Shown here one piece after another: positions 8,740 to 18,270 of a DNA stretch of 64,000 nucleotides. The stretch is from IMG/VR virus record IMGVR_UViG_3300046794_000311, positions 21,748 to 85,747 of that record; one strand, given 5' to 3'. The DNA is from a virus. Position 1 is the first letter of the stretch; each line of letters begins with the position of its first letter. Position numbers and translations under genes: made by a program. The notes under the pieces were generated by a model. The model did no database searches. It worked only from the letters and a program-made list of their open reading frames with translations, and had not been told where the DNA came from.

Positions 8740-9243
8740 TCACGCCCCCTGGAGGGAGGCCAGTGTCTTCTGGACCAGGTCGGAGTACTCCTGCTGATGG
8801 GCGGCGATCAGGGCGGCCGTGGCCAGCTCGGTGGCCTTGGCGAAGCGGGCCTCCTCCTTGCGGCGGTCACCGATGGCCTTGAAGTGCTCGTAGCTCTCCG
8901 GGGAGGCGTAGTACTGGGCGCTGGCCATCAGCCCAGCCGAGGGCACACCGATCGCGTACCACTCGGGCCCGTTGTAGGCGTGCACCTGGTCATCTACGAG
9001 CATCCTGGCCAGCAGCCGCTCGGCGGCCGGTACGTCGATGACCTTCCGGGCGAAGGTCATCTGCGGGACACGGTAGTTCCACTCCGGCTGGACGGCCTTG
9101 GCCACGGCGATGATCAGGTCCGGTCGGCTGGACACTTTCGGGGCGTGGTCGTTCAGAGCCTCCAGGATCATCTCCTTGGTGACCTCGACCTTCTCAGGCA
9201 GGGCATCTCCACCGACGGGGTACCGGCGGGCACGGGTTCCCAT
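8740..9243 (-). CDS. Hypothetical protein
   Basis: 167-aa ORF with high-GC3 codons. Confidence 0.65.
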   Translation of the reverse strand: MGTRARRYPVGGDALPEKVEVTKEMILEALNDHAPKVSSRPDLIIAVAKAVQPEWNYRVPQMTFARKVIDVPAAERLLARMLVDDQVHAYNGPEWYAIGVPSAGLMASAQYYASPESYEHFKAIGDRRKEEARFAKATELATAALIAAHQQEYSDLVQKTLASLQGA

Positions 9244-9254
9244 GGTCTACGACC

Positions 9255-10394
9255 TCACTTTCCGATGGTGTCGCGGCGCCGGAACGGGTCCTTGCGCTGC
9301 GGGTCGACGGGGACGATCTGCGTGGGGGCGTCCACGCCCTCCGGCAGGTCCTCCAGCTTGGTCCAGTACGGCTCCACCCAGGTGGTCGTCGACTGCGTGC
9401 GCTGGCCGGACTTCCCCGGCCCGATCCAGACCGTCTTGAAGTGCCCGGCCCGGTGCTGGGGGCCGTACTCGACGCCGGAGGGGATGGACAGGCCGTCGCG
9501 GTTCACCGCTGCGGCCCGCTGCCGGGCGGTGTGCAACTGCGGACCGACGTACCAGCCGACGCGGACCCAGAACGGATCACGGTCCTTTGGCTTGCGGCCC
9601 TTGCCGGTCTTCTTCTTGCGCGTCTGGACCCACTCCGGGGGCTCCTTGACGTCCCTGTTGTCGGTGCACAGGTAGGTCAGCACGGAGAACGCCTTCTGGA
9701 GGATGGGGCGGAACGTCTTGACGGCCTCGGTCCGGTCTTTCCCGTCGGCGCTACCCCCCTGCCACTCCTCGGCGAAGCGGATGGCCTCGTCGGCGGTGAA
9801 GGTCTTCCTGTCCATCGGCAGCGGGATGAGGTCGCGGTGGCCCCCGGCGACGATCTCCCCGGTGTCCTCGTCGACCACGTCGTAGCAGAAGAGGAGCGCC
9901 AGGCCGTCGCGGTCGGGGTCGTTGGAGCTGCACAGTCCCATGCCGGAGAAGCCGACGATGAAGAAGCACCGCACGTAGCCCTCGGCCAGGCCGCCACGGC
10001 CCTTACCTGCGGGCCAGGGGTCGGGGATGACAACCATGGGGTTGATGTGCGGCAGCCGGTCGAAGAGTTGGCCGGGCACCTTGGACATCTTGGAGCGGTA
10101 CAGCGCGTCGGCCAGCTCCTCGTGCAGGTCGTAGACGACCCGGCCGTTGCGCTTCCACAGCTCGCTGACCGCGATCTCCCCCATGAGGTCGCCGACGCGC
10201 TCCAGCGTGGCCTGGTCGAACTGGACGCGGTCCTGCTGGTCCCAGCCCGGAGCGATCCCCCGCATCATCGCGTCGATCCGTCGCGAGATCTTCGGCACGC
10301 TTCGCAGCTCTTGCGATGCCTCCGTGAGCTTGTCCACGTGCGCCATGGCCGCCTTGTGCGCTTCGGCGGCCCTGCGGGTTCTGTCTTGTGCCAT
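9255..10394 (-). CDS. Hypothetical phage protein (C-terminal HRAGHF...WVEPYW motif)
   Basis: GGAGG RBS; own promoter at 10430-10458. Confidence 0.7.
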   Translation of the reverse strand: MAQDRTRRAAEAHKAAMAHVDKLTEASQELRSVPKISRRIDAMMRGIAPGWDQQDRVQFDQATLERVGDLMGEIAVSELWKRNGRVVYDLHEELADALYRSKMSKVPGQLFDRLPHINPMVVIPDPWPAGKGRGGLAEGYVRCFFIVGFSGMGLCSSNDPDRDGLALLFCYDVVDEDTGEIVAGGHRDLIPLPMDRKTFTADEAIRFAEEWQGGSADGKDRTEAVKTFRPILQKAFSVLTYLCTDNRDVKEPPEWVQTRKKKTGKGRKPKDRDPFWVRVGWYVGPQLHTARQRAAAVNRDGLSIPSGVEYGPQHRAGHFKTVWIGPGKSGQRTQSTTTWVEPYWTKLEDLPEGVDAPTQIVPVDPQRKDPFRRRDTIGK

Positions 10395-10429
10395 CGGTCC
10401 CTCCCTGACGTGCAAATCCTACGGGCAGG

Positions 10430-10458
10430 AACCTACCCATCACGTTACGTGTTGTCAA
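10430..10458 (-). promoter_or_regulatory. Sigma70/HrdB-type promoter
   Basis: TTGACA-17-TAGGTT. Confidence 0.7.
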
Positions 10459-10589
10459 GCGGTAACTTGAATCACTTTGACGAAACGGTCCGGGCAGCAC
10501 GAAGCCCCGGCCACTGCCTCGGGGGAGGGGCAAGGTGCCGGGGCTTCCTTCCGTACCGGTCAGCGCTCACGGGGAGGCCGGTACGGGAC

Positions 10590-10880
10590 TTAGACCTGCT
10601 CTGCTGGCTCGACCTGTCCAGGGTTGGGGACCAGCAGAGCAGGGGCTTCGGGAGGACCGTCCTCGTGCCGGACGACCCTGAAGTAGTTCGTGGTGAGCAG
10701 CCGGAAGCCGAAGTGGGCTGTACGGCCCGCGTGCTTGAGCGCCCACGTCTGGCACTCGTCGTACGGCAGACAGCCGGAGGTCTCAGGGCAGGACGTGCAC
10801 TCCATCTCCTCCATGTCCCGCTCGGCGCTGGGCTCCGGGAATATCGAGTGGTTGACGAATCGGTACTGTGCCGTGGTCAC
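10590..10880 (-). CDS. Small Cys/His protein of the kind found divergent from Streptomyces XRE-DUF397 loci
   Basis: CTSC...WALKHAGRTAH...FR motif. Confidence 0.6.
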   Translation of the reverse strand: MTTAQYRFVNHSIFPEPSAERDMEEMECTSCPETSGCLPYDECQTWALKHAGRTAHFGFRLLTTNYFRVVRHEDGPPEAPALLVPNPGQVEPAEQV

Positions 10881-11104
10881 AGCTCGCCCCTACTCCGGGC
10901 GTTGGCCAGCGCGACACCCTGACTCAGCGTCTCAGCCGTGGTCGGCTTGCGCAGGTCAGCCTTCGAGGTCCACCACTCCAGGCCACCGGTCGTCTTGCGC
11001 AGGGCGCAGTTCGTGGGGCCGATCTCCATGACCTCGGCCACGCAGTCCTTGGTCTCGTCGTACGCCAGCGTGTGCAGTTCGGGCTCGTACCACGCTTCAG
11101 CCAC
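10877..11104 (-). CDS. Hypothetical protein (XRE-DUF397-associated)
   Basis: 75 aa, translationally coupled. Confidence 0.6.
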   Translation of the reverse strand: MAEAWYEPELHTLAYDETKDCVAEVMEIGPTNCALRKTTGGLEWWTSKADLRKPTTAETLSQGVALANARSRGEL

Positions 11105-11378
11105 TGACCTTCGCCTCCTCCTTCTCAGCCGCCGCGACCTTTTCGCGCAGCTCGACCAGCTCGACCAGGCAGGCCGCCAGGTCCTGGGCGACGTCCGGCC
11201 GACATCGGCCGAGGTCGACCAACGGGCTGTCCAGGGCGCTGTGCTCCCGGCTGAGCGAGGGGAGCGTGACGCCCACCGCCGTGAGCCCGTCTTTAAGCGC
11301 CTGGACGGCGTCGTTCGTCTCCTTGACAGACCACCTGGTGGGAGGCATCCCCTGCTTCTTCGCTCTCGTTCCCGCCAT
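11097..11378 (-). CDS. Hypothetical protein (XRE-DUF397-associated)
   Basis: AAGGAG RBS; GVTLPSL...LVDLGRCRPDVAQDLA motif. Confidence 0.65.
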   Translation of the reverse strand: MAGTRAKKQGMPPTRWSVKETNDAVQALKDGLTAVGVTLPSLSREHSALDSPLVDLGRCRPDVAQDLAACLVELVELREKVAAAEKEEAKVSG

Positions 11379-11601
11379 CTGCGTCTCCTTCACCCAGGCC
11401 ACAGCCGTGCCCAACGACTGCGATGCGAACAGCAGTTGGAAAAGGCAGTAACGACGTAACCACCCTCCGCTAGTAGCATCCTCTCCATCCGTCTGTCATG
11501 CAAGTGCATGAGAAGAGCAAGTGCACGTGAGAGTGAAGGCTGTCCCGTGATAAGAGGGGGTGGCAGACTGTGAGGCAGTACCCGCAACCTGGGAGGTCAC
11601 G

Positions 11602-12468
11602 TTGGCAGCCAGTCCGACCGTGCTGAAGCGACGGCTCGGTAGAGAGCTGCGCAACTTGCGCCAGTCCAAGAAGTTGACGGCCGCGCAGGTCGCCAAGTCG
11701 CTCAACTGGTCCGAGTCCAAGGTCAGCAGGATCGAAGGCGGAAAATCTCCGCTGTCCGACAAGGATGCCAGAGCACTGCTGGGGCTGTACGGAGTTGAGA
11801 ACTCCGATGAGGTTCAGCAGTTCGTCGGTCTCGTCCGAAAGAGCCGTCAGGAGGGCTGGTGGCACAGTTACGGCGACGCGCTCCCCGACTGGTTCAAGGC
11901 ATTTGTGGGCTTCGAGGCCGACGCGTCGGAGATCCGCACCTACCAGAACGAGCTGATTCCGGGACTTCTTCAGACCAAGGCGTATGCGTTCGAGGTCATC
12001 CGCGCAATGAACCCGGAGGAGTCGACCGAGCAGGTGGAGAACCGTGCGTCTCTCCGCTTCGAGCGTCAGGAGATCCTGGGACGCAAGCAGCCTGCCGCAC
12101 CGAGGATCTGGACGATCCTCAACGAATCGGTTCTACGTCGTTACGTGGGATCTGGGATGGTCATGTCCGAACAGCTCAACCACCTGGCCAACCTTGTGGA
12201 TGAGCACCCGGGCGTCACTGTCCAGATCCTCCCATTCGACGCTGGGGCCCATGCCAGCATGGGGTACAACTTTTCGATCTTGTCCTTCAGTGACGTCCCC
12301 GGCAGCATCGCCTACACCGAGGCGCTGACGTCTGCGACGTACATCGACAAGGAGTTGGACCTCACCCGCCATGACCAGATCTTCCAACGGCTCATGGCGG
12401 CATCCGTACGGCCAGAGAAATCCGTCTCCTGGCTCAGAGAAACTGCAAGGGATTACGAACGTGGGTAA
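11602..12468 (+). CDS. XRE-family regulator (HTH + DUF5753; WhiJ/Scr1-like)
   Basis: RRLGRELRNLR, SKVSRIEGG, GWW, IPGLLQT, LNESVLRR, QILPF; GGGAGG RBS before TTG. Confidence 0.92.
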   Translation: MAASPTVLKRRLGRELRNLRQSKKLTAAQVAKSLNWSESKVSRIEGGKSPLSDKDARALLGLYGVENSDEVQQFVGLVRKSRQEGWWHSYGDALPDWFKAFVGFEADASEIRTYQNELIPGLLQTKAYAFEVIRAMNPEESTEQVENRASLRFERQEILGRKQPAAPRIWTILNESVLRRYVGSGMVMSEQLNHLANLVDEHPGVTVQILPFDAGAHASMGYNFSILSFSDVPGSIAYTEALTSATYIDKELDLTRHDQIFQRLMAASVRPEKSVSWLRETARDYERG

Positions 12469-12661
12469 CGACCAGCCGCTGGTCTTCGTCAAGAGCAGCT
12501 ACAGCAACGGACAGGGCGACTGCGTCGAGGTCGCCAAAAAGACCGAGGGCGGCCGTGCCGTCCGTGACTCCAAGGACCCCGATGGGGCGATCCTCGACTT
12601 CACCCCGGGTGAGTGGACCGCCTTTATCCAGGGTGCGAAGGATGGAGAGTTCGACAACTGA
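12461..12661 (+). CDS. DUF397 protein
   Basis: KSSYS...CVEVA...AVRDSKDPDG...WTAF signature; overlaps the XRE stop. Confidence 0.93.
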   Translation: MGNDQPLVFVKSSYSNGQGDCVEVAKKTEGGRAVRDSKDPDGAILDFTPGEWTAFIQGAKDGEFDN

Positions 12662-12672
12662 TCCAGACAAGC

Positions 12673-12710
12673 CAGAAGCCCCCGGCTCCTCGTGGGAGTC
12701 GGGGGCTTCT
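12673..12710. terminator. Hairpin terminator
   Basis: CAGAAGCCCCCGGCTCC...GGAGTCGGGGGCTTCTG. Confidence 0.7.
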
Positions 12711-12717
12711 GCATGTC

Positions 12718-13227
12718 CTACAGCCACTCTCCGGTGATGGCTCCGTGGACGTCGGCCTCGCGGTAGGTGTCGGGCTTGAGGATCTTGCCGTCCTCGCGCC
12801 GGATCACCTGGCCGTCCGGGCCGACCTTACTCATGTTCGAACGGTGAACCTCGCCGAAGACCGCTTCGATCGGGATCTCCAGGAGGTCGGCGGTGCCGTA
12901 GACGATGTACAGGACGTCGGCCAACTCCTTGGCCAGCGCGTCGTACCAGCGCGGCGCCTCGACGACGTGAGGAGGGCCGAAGAGGGTCGTCTCCGGGTGC
13001 GCCTCAGCGTAGTCGTCGAAGATCTGGGCCTTGCGGTAGTTCAGAAGGGCCTCCAGGGCCTCCTGTACTTCCTCGCTGAGGAGAGTGGACCGCAGGGCGA
13101 TCAGGTCGTCCCGTCCGGCTTCGTCGCGCTCGATGAAGTACTTCTCCCCCACCGCGCGGTGCCACTGTCTCAGGGCAGCCATGGGCCGGTGGGGCCGGGT
13201 ATTAAGCCAGGTCTTCGTGGTGCTCAA
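12718..13227 (-). CDS. MazG-like/PRA-PH family nucleotide pyrophosphohydrolase
   Basis: LLSEEVQE...KELADVLYIVYG...EVHRSNMSK...REDGKILKP. Confidence 0.85.
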   Translation of the reverse strand: MSTTKTWLNTRPHRPMAALRQWHRAVGEKYFIERDEAGRDDLIALRSTLLSEEVQEALEALLNYRKAQIFDDYAEAHPETTLFGPPHVVEAPRWYDALAKELADVLYIVYGTADLLEIPIEAVFGEVHRSNMSKVGPDGQVIRREDGKILKPDTYREADVHGAITGEWL

Positions 13228-13235
13228 GGGGGCTC

Positions 13236-13739
13236 CTAGAAGGTCTCGGCGATGTCGCCGGGGTCGACGGCCAGCGGAAGGCGTCCGTCGTCGAAGAGGT
13301 GGACGCCGTTGCGGGAGTACGCCAGGTCGCAGAGTTGAGCGCACTGGAGCCGGTCCTGGCGTGCGATCCGGTTCGCGACCCACGTGGACCAGATCCCGAA
13401 GAACCTGAGCCCGAGCGCGATGTCGTCGAGCCAGCCGTAGCCGATGCCCTTGCCGTTGTTGGCCTGGGCGAAGCCGAGGGCGGTCTCCCAGATCTTCTCC
13501 CGGGTCTCGTCCGGGATGAGGGTGCGGCTGTTGTACTTCGCCTTCGGGTACATCGAGATGTGACCGATGCGGGCGCCGCCCGGCTGAGCCTCAACGAGGA
13601 GACCGGCCGGGCCGACGATGAAGGCGTGGTTGTACCGGGAGAAGGTCAGCAGCCGGATGCCCCAGCCGATGATCCCGCCGGTCGCGGTGACGCCGATGGA
13701 GCCGATCGGGGGCGGGGTTCCCTCAGCCATTCTGGACAT
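13236..13739 (-). CDS. Permuted papain-like (YiiX/NlpC-P60) enzyme
   Basis: YNHAFIV, VEA, GYG, LQCAQL with His before Cys (permuted order). Confidence 0.7.
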   Translation of the reverse strand: MSRMAEGTPPPIGSIGVTATGGIIGWGIRLLTFSRYNHAFIVGPAGLLVEAQPGGARIGHISMYPKAKYNSRTLIPDETREKIWETALGFAQANNGKGIGYGWLDDIALGLRFFGIWSTWVANRIARQDRLQCAQLCDLAYSRNGVHLFDDGRLPLAVDPGDIAETF

Positions 13740-13974
13740 CCCCCTCGTCGGCCTTCTTGGGCTTGCTGCGCGGCCGGAGGAAGCCGTCGTAGAGGTACGG
13801 CAGGGCGAGGTGCTTGAGACCGGTGTACTGGACGAACGGGTTGATCGGCCCGTAGGGATAGCCGTCGTCGTCCCGCTCGACCACGGTGGTGACGGTCTTG
13901 GAGAACTCGCTCCAGTTGCCGTCCTTGTCCTTCTCGCTGTGGACCACGGTGGTGGTGGTCGTCTTACGCGACAC
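13723..13974 (-). CDS. Hypothetical protein
   Basis: GGAGG RBS; coupled. Confidence 0.55.
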   Translation of the reverse strand: MSRKTTTTTVVHSEKDKDGNWSEFSKTVTTVVERDDDGYPYGPINPFVQYTGLKHLALPYLYDGFLRPRSKPKKADEGDVQNG

Positions 13975-14161
13975 TGTCTTCCTCCAGGGTGTACTTGCCG
14001 ATGAAGTCGATCTGGAACAGGTTGGGTGCGCGGTCGGCCTTCTCCCGCCAGTCCGTGATGTGGAACTCGCGGGAGTAGAAGTACGTCTTGGGCTTCCAGC
14101 CGTACCGGCCGTTCATCAGGACCCGGACCTTCCAGACCGCGTTGTCGCGGGCTGTCCTCAC
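13964..14161 (-). CDS. Hypothetical protein
   Basis: Coupled 65-aa ORF. Confidence 0.5.
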   Translation of the reverse strand: MRTARDNAVWKVRVLMNGRYGWKPKTYFYSREFHITDWREKADRAPNLFQIDFIGKYTLEEDSVA

Positions 14162-14430
14162 TCGGCGCCCCCGGAGGGGGAGGTATTAAGCAGGCTGAGG
14201 ATGGTGGCCTCGGTCGGGATCTGCATGAACGGCTCGGCCAACTGCACGGCGACCTGGGTGAAGGCGTCGCCGATCTGCTCGTACACGCCGCCCAGACCCT
14301 CCAACTTCTCGGAGAACTCCAGGAGGGAGCCGACGACGTCCTTGATGGAGACGTACGTCTCCTCGTCGTCGCCGACGACGTAGCGGTAGGCGGACTCGTG
14401 ATCGGATGCGATCTCGGTGACGATACTCAA
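14158..14430 (-). CDS. Hypothetical acidic protein
   Basis: GGAG RBS before TTG at 14430. Confidence 0.55.
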   Translation of the reverse strand: MSIVTEIASDHESAYRYVVGDDEETYVSIKDVVGSLLEFSEKLEGLGGVYEQIGDAFTQVAVQLAEPFMQIPTEATILSLLNTSPSGGAE

Positions 14431-14458
14431 GGGGTTCTCCAGGATCGTGGTGGTCGGC

Positions 14459-15697
14459 TCAGAGCCAGATGCGGTGCTCACTGGTGACGCGTCCCTTCTC
14501 GGGGTGGACGAAGTGCAGGCGCTGGCTCGGGTCGCCGGTCGCGGCCACGAACTCATGGGCGTACACGTTGTCCGACTCGGGGCTGCCGGTCATGTAGACC
14601 GAGCCTCCATTGGCCAACTGGAGTTGCATGGACTGGTGGTAGTGGCCGATGTACAGGTCACGGAAGGTCGGCAGGACGCCGGAGGCCCACTGGTTGGCCT
14701 TGCGCAGGATGCCGTACGCCGGGATGTTCCCGCCGAAACTCTTGATCTCGTCGCCGTGGATGGCCATGGCCCGGTAGTTGCCGATGGAGAAGTTCTGGTA
14801 CCAGTCCCCGGAGGTCTGGAACTTCTTCAGGCGCCCCTCGTGGGCCAGCCGCTCGCGGACGATGTTGTAGACCATGCGGTCGACGTTGTCGGACGCCTTG
14901 ATGCCGTCGGACTTCTTGCCGAGGCGGCCGTGGTTGCCGTACTCGGCGACGACCTCGACCTCGTCGTAGATCTGGAGGGCCTGCTTGATCGTCCAGATCA
15001 TCAGGTCGGAGACGTCGAACATCTGCTCATAGAGCGTGCCGTCCAACTCCCAGACCTGGCCGGGGAAGATGCTGACGCCTTCGACCATGTCCCCGGTGAA
15101 GAGCAGGACGCCCTTGCGGACCGGGTGGTCGGCGCGCTGGATCTCGGTGATCTCGTGGGCCTTCTCGACGTACCGCATCACGCGGGTCCGCATGATGGTG
15201 CGGTCGTACGTGATGGTCTTCTTGCCGCCCTGCCAGTCCGTGAGGTGCCACAGGGCGACCTCGCTGGCCTTGGTGCGCTTGTCGGCCTTGGGCGGGGCCA
15301 CCGTGGTCGCTCCGACGAACTGTGCGGCGTCCCTCGCGGCGCGGTAGACGGCCTCGATGTACTCGTCTCCACGCGCCTTGGCCTTGGTGAACTGCTGGAA
15401 GAGTCGGCGGTTGTCGCCCTCCAGGGAGACGATGCGCTCCCTCAACTCCTCGTTCGCGGCCACTGCCTCGGCCTCGCCCTCCACGGGCTGGGTATTAAGC
15501 CGCTTCGGCTCCTTGCCCGGCTCGACGAGGATGGAGCGCTTGTAGCCGTTGGCCTTGCGCCAGCGCCGGACGGCCGTCTCGGACGTCTCGATGCCGTTGA
15601 AGACGAGGTCCGCAGCGGCGGCCTCGTGGCCGACGGTGGGGTCCATCAGGATCTCGCGGACCCACTCGACATCAGTGGACTCGGTAAGGGCGCTCAA
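14459..15697 (-). CDS. Calcineurin-like metallophosphoesterase/nuclease with N-terminal HTH and coiled coil
   Basis: Motifs TDWQ, TGDMVEG, YGNHGR, IHGD, IGHYH. Confidence 0.82.
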   Translation of the reverse strand: MSALTESTDVEWVREILMDPTVGHEAAAADLVFNGIETSETAVRRWRKANGYKRSILVEPGKEPKRLNTQPVEGEAEAVAANEELRERIVSLEGDNRRLFQQFTKAKARGDEYIEAVYRAARDAAQFVGATTVAPPKADKRTKASEVALWHLTDWQGGKKTITYDRTIMRTRVMRYVEKAHEITEIQRADHPVRKGVLLFTGDMVEGVSIFPGQVWELDGTLYEQMFDVSDLMIWTIKQALQIYDEVEVVAEYGNHGRLGKKSDGIKASDNVDRMVYNIVRERLAHEGRLKKFQTSGDWYQNFSIGNYRAMAIHGDEIKSFGGNIPAYGILRKANQWASGVLPTFRDLYIGHYHQSMQLQLANGGSVYMTGSPESDNVYAHEFVAATGDPSQRLHFVHPEKGRVTSEHRIWL

Positions 15698-15753
15698 GGT
15701 GGTTCCTCTCGCAGGGGGTTGGTGGTGCCGGACCTCCCGGCCCGACCTGGATT

Positions 15754-15783
15754 ACGTTATAGGCATTACGGCTTCCATGTCAA
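15754..15783 (-). promoter_or_regulatory. Sigma70-type promoter with an operator half-site in the spacer
   Basis: TTGACA-18-TAACGT; spacer contains AAGCCGTAAT. Confidence 0.7.
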
Positions 15784-15899
15784 CACTCACTCCAGGAGTG
15801 AACTTCCGCCACCCCGGGGTCAGCAGCCCCACTCGGACGCCTGACCTGCGCAGACTATCCTGATTACTGGTTCTGAACCAGTAATGAGGAGTCGCTTTA

Positions 15900-16319
15900 A
15901 TGAGCGGTATCGGTGGTTTCACCTACATCTTGACCAACAACGACCTGTCCGTGGCCCAGCCGGTCCCGGCCGGTGCGGAACTGGTCTCCATCTACGCGAA
16001 CCTCGGCACGGCGGGCTCTACGCAGTCCACGTTCCAGGTCAACAAGAACGGCTCGGCCGTCTCCGGCGCGGTCGCCACCGTGGCGGCCTCGGCGACCAAG
16101 GGCAACAAGGTCATCTCCAACCCGTACGTCGGCGTGAACGCGGGCAACCAGGCGGGCTGGACCGACCAGTCCGGCACCCAGTTCACCGCGAGCCAGGGCG
16201 GCGTGAACAACGTCGCTGCGCTGGCCACCTTCGCGGCCGGTGACACGGTCTCGCTGACCAACACCCTGGGCACGTCGGCCGCCAACCCGGGCGTCGTGCT
16301 GGTCTTCAAGACGCTCTGA
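15900..16319 (+). CDS. Beta-rich Gly/Ala/Thr protein, possibly virion decoration
   Basis: GAGGAG RBS, strong codon bias, followed by a terminator. Confidence 0.6.
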   Translation: MSGIGGFTYILTNNDLSVAQPVPAGAELVSIYANLGTAGSTQSTFQVNKNGSAVSGAVATVAASATKGNKVISNPYVGVNAGNQAGWTDQSGTQFTASQGGVNNVAALATFAAGDTVSLTNTLGTSAANPGVVLVFKTL

Positions 16320-16392
16320 TCCCCACGGCGAACCCCCGGGCCACTGTTCACGCGGAGGTCCGGGGGTTTGTTGTATCCATGGAAGGAAGCCC

Positions 16393-16677
16393 ATGATCTG
16401 GTACTGCGACGAATGCAACGACTGGGGCACGTCCGACACCGAGGTGGACGCGGCCGTCGACAAGCAGAACCACCTGGACGCCCACCGGGGCCGCTACGTT
16501 CCCGAACCGGCCGCCGAGGATGAGCCGGACGAGGTCACTGTCTGGACGACGAAGCACGTGGCGTGGGGTATCACGGTTGTGCTCGGGCTACTGTCCGCAC
16601 GCTTCCCGGCCCTGCTGGGGGTATCAGCGGTTTCTGCGCTGCTCACGTTCGTGGTGACAGGCATCTCAGACGACTGA
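16393..16677 (+). CDS. Zn-finger plus membrane hypothetical protein
   Basis: CDEC...H...H, two C-terminal TM segments. Confidence 0.55.
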   Translation: MIWYCDECNDWGTSDTEVDAAVDKQNHLDAHRGRYVPEPAAEDEPDEVTVWTTKHVAWGITVVLGLLSARFPALLGVSAVSALLTFVVTGISDD

Positions 16678-16728
16678 GCCCCGGGTAACCACGTGGGTTC
16701 CGGGGCTGTTCAGTCGTGCAGGGAGGTG

Positions 16729-17049
16729 TTACGCGATCCGACGGACGGACACTCGGAGGGTCGCATTCGCGGAACCGCCGGTGACCTTGACGCGGAAGTA
16801 CCGCGCAGCCGGGTTGAACACCGAGTTGTTCGACAGTGAGGACATCGGGGAGAGCGGAAGATCAGCGAACCCAAGCGGGTTCACGCCGTCGACCGACTCC
16901 TCGATGCCGACAGACCCACTGCCGTAGAGGGCGAAAGCAATGCGGGCCGACAGGATGCTGCTGCTGTCCACCCACTCCCCGGTGTAGGTGCCCGCACCGT
17001 CGAGCGTGGTGTCAGCCTCTACCGGGAGGTCAGGTCGCTTGAAGGACAT
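16729..17049 (-). CDS. Hypothetical beta-sandwich protein
   Basis: 106 aa; ARYFRVKVT motif; AAAGG RBS. Confidence 0.55.
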   Translation of the reverse strand: MSFKRPDLPVEADTTLDGAGTYTGEWVDSSSILSARIAFALYGSGSVGIEESVDGVNPLGFADLPLSPMSSLSNNSVFNPAARYFRVKVTGGSANATLRVSVRRIA

Positions 17050-17154
17050 GTAGTGCCTTTCTTACGGAAACGAGAACCCGGCGTTTTGAGATGGGGCCGG
17101 GTAACCATCAGCGAGCTATTTGTTCATAGGAGCATGGTCGCTATCCGCTCCTAG

Positions 17155-17227
17155 CTCCCCCACCTGGACTCGAACCAGGAACTCGCGGATTAACAGTCCG
17201 CTGCTCTGCCAATTGAGCTATGGAGGA
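17155..17227 (-). tRNA. tRNA-Asn(GTT)
   Basis: Cloverleaf: TCCTCCA/TGGGGGA acceptor, GCGGA-CTGTTAA-TCCGC anticodon arm, TTCGA T-loop. Confidence 0.93.
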
Positions 17228-17232
17228 TTGTG

Positions 17233-17312
17233 TAGCCAAGGTGGGACTCGAACCCACACGCCTTTCGGCGCCGCTTTTGAGGCGGCTGACTGTGCCATTC
17301 GTCTACTCGGCC
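17233..17312 (-). tRNA. tRNA-Leu(CAA)
   Basis: GGCCGAG/CTTGGCT acceptor, GCCGC-CTCAAAA-GCGGC, long variable arm, GTGGG-TTCGAGT-CCCAC. Confidence 0.88.
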
Positions 17313-17400
17313 GAACGTGCTCCGCACTGTTGTATCCGGTTTAGCACGGGCACTCCAGTCCAGGGTTCTTACCGGTCCCGGACTTTCCTACTGGTGAATC

Positions 17401-18024
17401 CTACTTCACCGTGTAGCGCCCGTAGTAAACGGACCGCGTCCACGGCTTGTAGTAGTTCACGCCCTTACCGGGACGCTCCGACTCCAGCCACGTCGTGGAA
17501 TTGACGTAGATAGCCACGTGGTAAACGCTGCCGTGGGAGTCGTGAACGAAGACCAGGTCGCCCTTCTGGGGCTTCGAGACCTTCGCGCTGGAGCGGTACT
17601 GCGCGTCCGCGACGCGGGGGATGCTCTTCCCCAGCTTCTTGAACGTGTAGTAGGTCAGGCCGGAGCAGTCGAAGCCCGCCGACGGCGAGGTGCCGCCCCA
17701 GACGTACCGCGTACCGATGTACTTGGCGGCCTGGTTGACGATCTTCGTGCCCGACGAGGTCGAGCTGCTGGTCGTAGGAGGCTTCGGGGTGGACGTGGAG
17801 GCGGTCAGGTAGATCTTCTCGCCGACGTAGATCCTGTTCGGGTTGGATATGTGGTTGATGGACGCGAGGTGCTGATACGTCGTCTTGTGGGCTGATGCGA
17901 TCCCGCTCAGGGTTTGTCCGCTCTTCACGGTCACGTAACTGGCCGACGCGTCCGCGACCGAAGCCGCGATCGGGGTTATGGCCAGTGCGCCCGCAAGAGC
18001 GAGTCCAGCGATCCTCTTATTCAT
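17401..18024 (-). CDS. Secreted LysM + NlpC/P60 peptidoglycan endopeptidase
   Basis: Signal peptide; Lys[14 protein letters not shown]...NPNRIYVG; YVWGG, GFDCSG, YHVAIY. Confidence 0.92.
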   Translation of the reverse strand: MNKRIAGLALAGALAITPIAASVADASASYVTVKSGQTLSGIASAHKTTYQHLASINHISNPNRIYVGEKIYLTASTSTPKPPTTSSSTSSGTKIVNQAAKYIGTRYVWGGTSPSAGFDCSGLTYYTFKKLGKSIPRVADAQYRSSAKVSKPQKGDLVFVHDSHGSVYHVAIYVNSTTWLESERPGKGVNYYKPWTRSVYYGRYTVK

Positions 18025-18036
18025 GATGCACTCCGC

Positions 18037-18183
18037 ACGCCTGCGAAATTAGGTGACGGGCTCGGGATAAGTGCTGTTCCCTACCACAAATGGTTCTGCG
18101 GATTCGCCCCAGTACTGCGTTTCGGTCTCCCGCCCCTGTTCAGGGTTGATTGCAGTTTTTGTCCAGGAACAGGGCTCGGCGTC
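18037..18183 (-). ncRNA. c-di-AMP (ydaO/yuaA-type) riboswitch
   Basis: Minus strand: GACGCCGAGCCCTG...GGGAGACC...TGGGGCGAATC...GTAGGG...CCCGAGCCCGTCACCTAATTTCGCAGGCGT matches the ydaO consensus blocks in order; directly 5' of a cell-wall hydrolase. Confidence 0.8.
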
Positions 18184-18192
18184 TGGACAAAG

Positions 18193-18265
18193 TGGCCCCC
18201 CTTGGAATCGCACCAAGATCTCCCGCTTTTCAGGCGGGCGCATTAACTGCCTCTGCCAAAGGGCC
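18193..18265 (-). tRNA. tRNA-Phe(GAA), atypical T-loop TGCGATT
   Basis: GGCCCTT/GGGGGCC acceptor; CCCGC-CTGAAAA-GCGGG; CTTGG-TGCGATT-CCAAG. Confidence 0.8.
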
Positions 18266-18270
18266 TTGAG

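Noticed and set aside
17316-17398. Possible fifth tRNA between tRNA-Leu and the hydrolase gene
   Set aside because: No acceptor stem or TTCGA T-arm could be formed.
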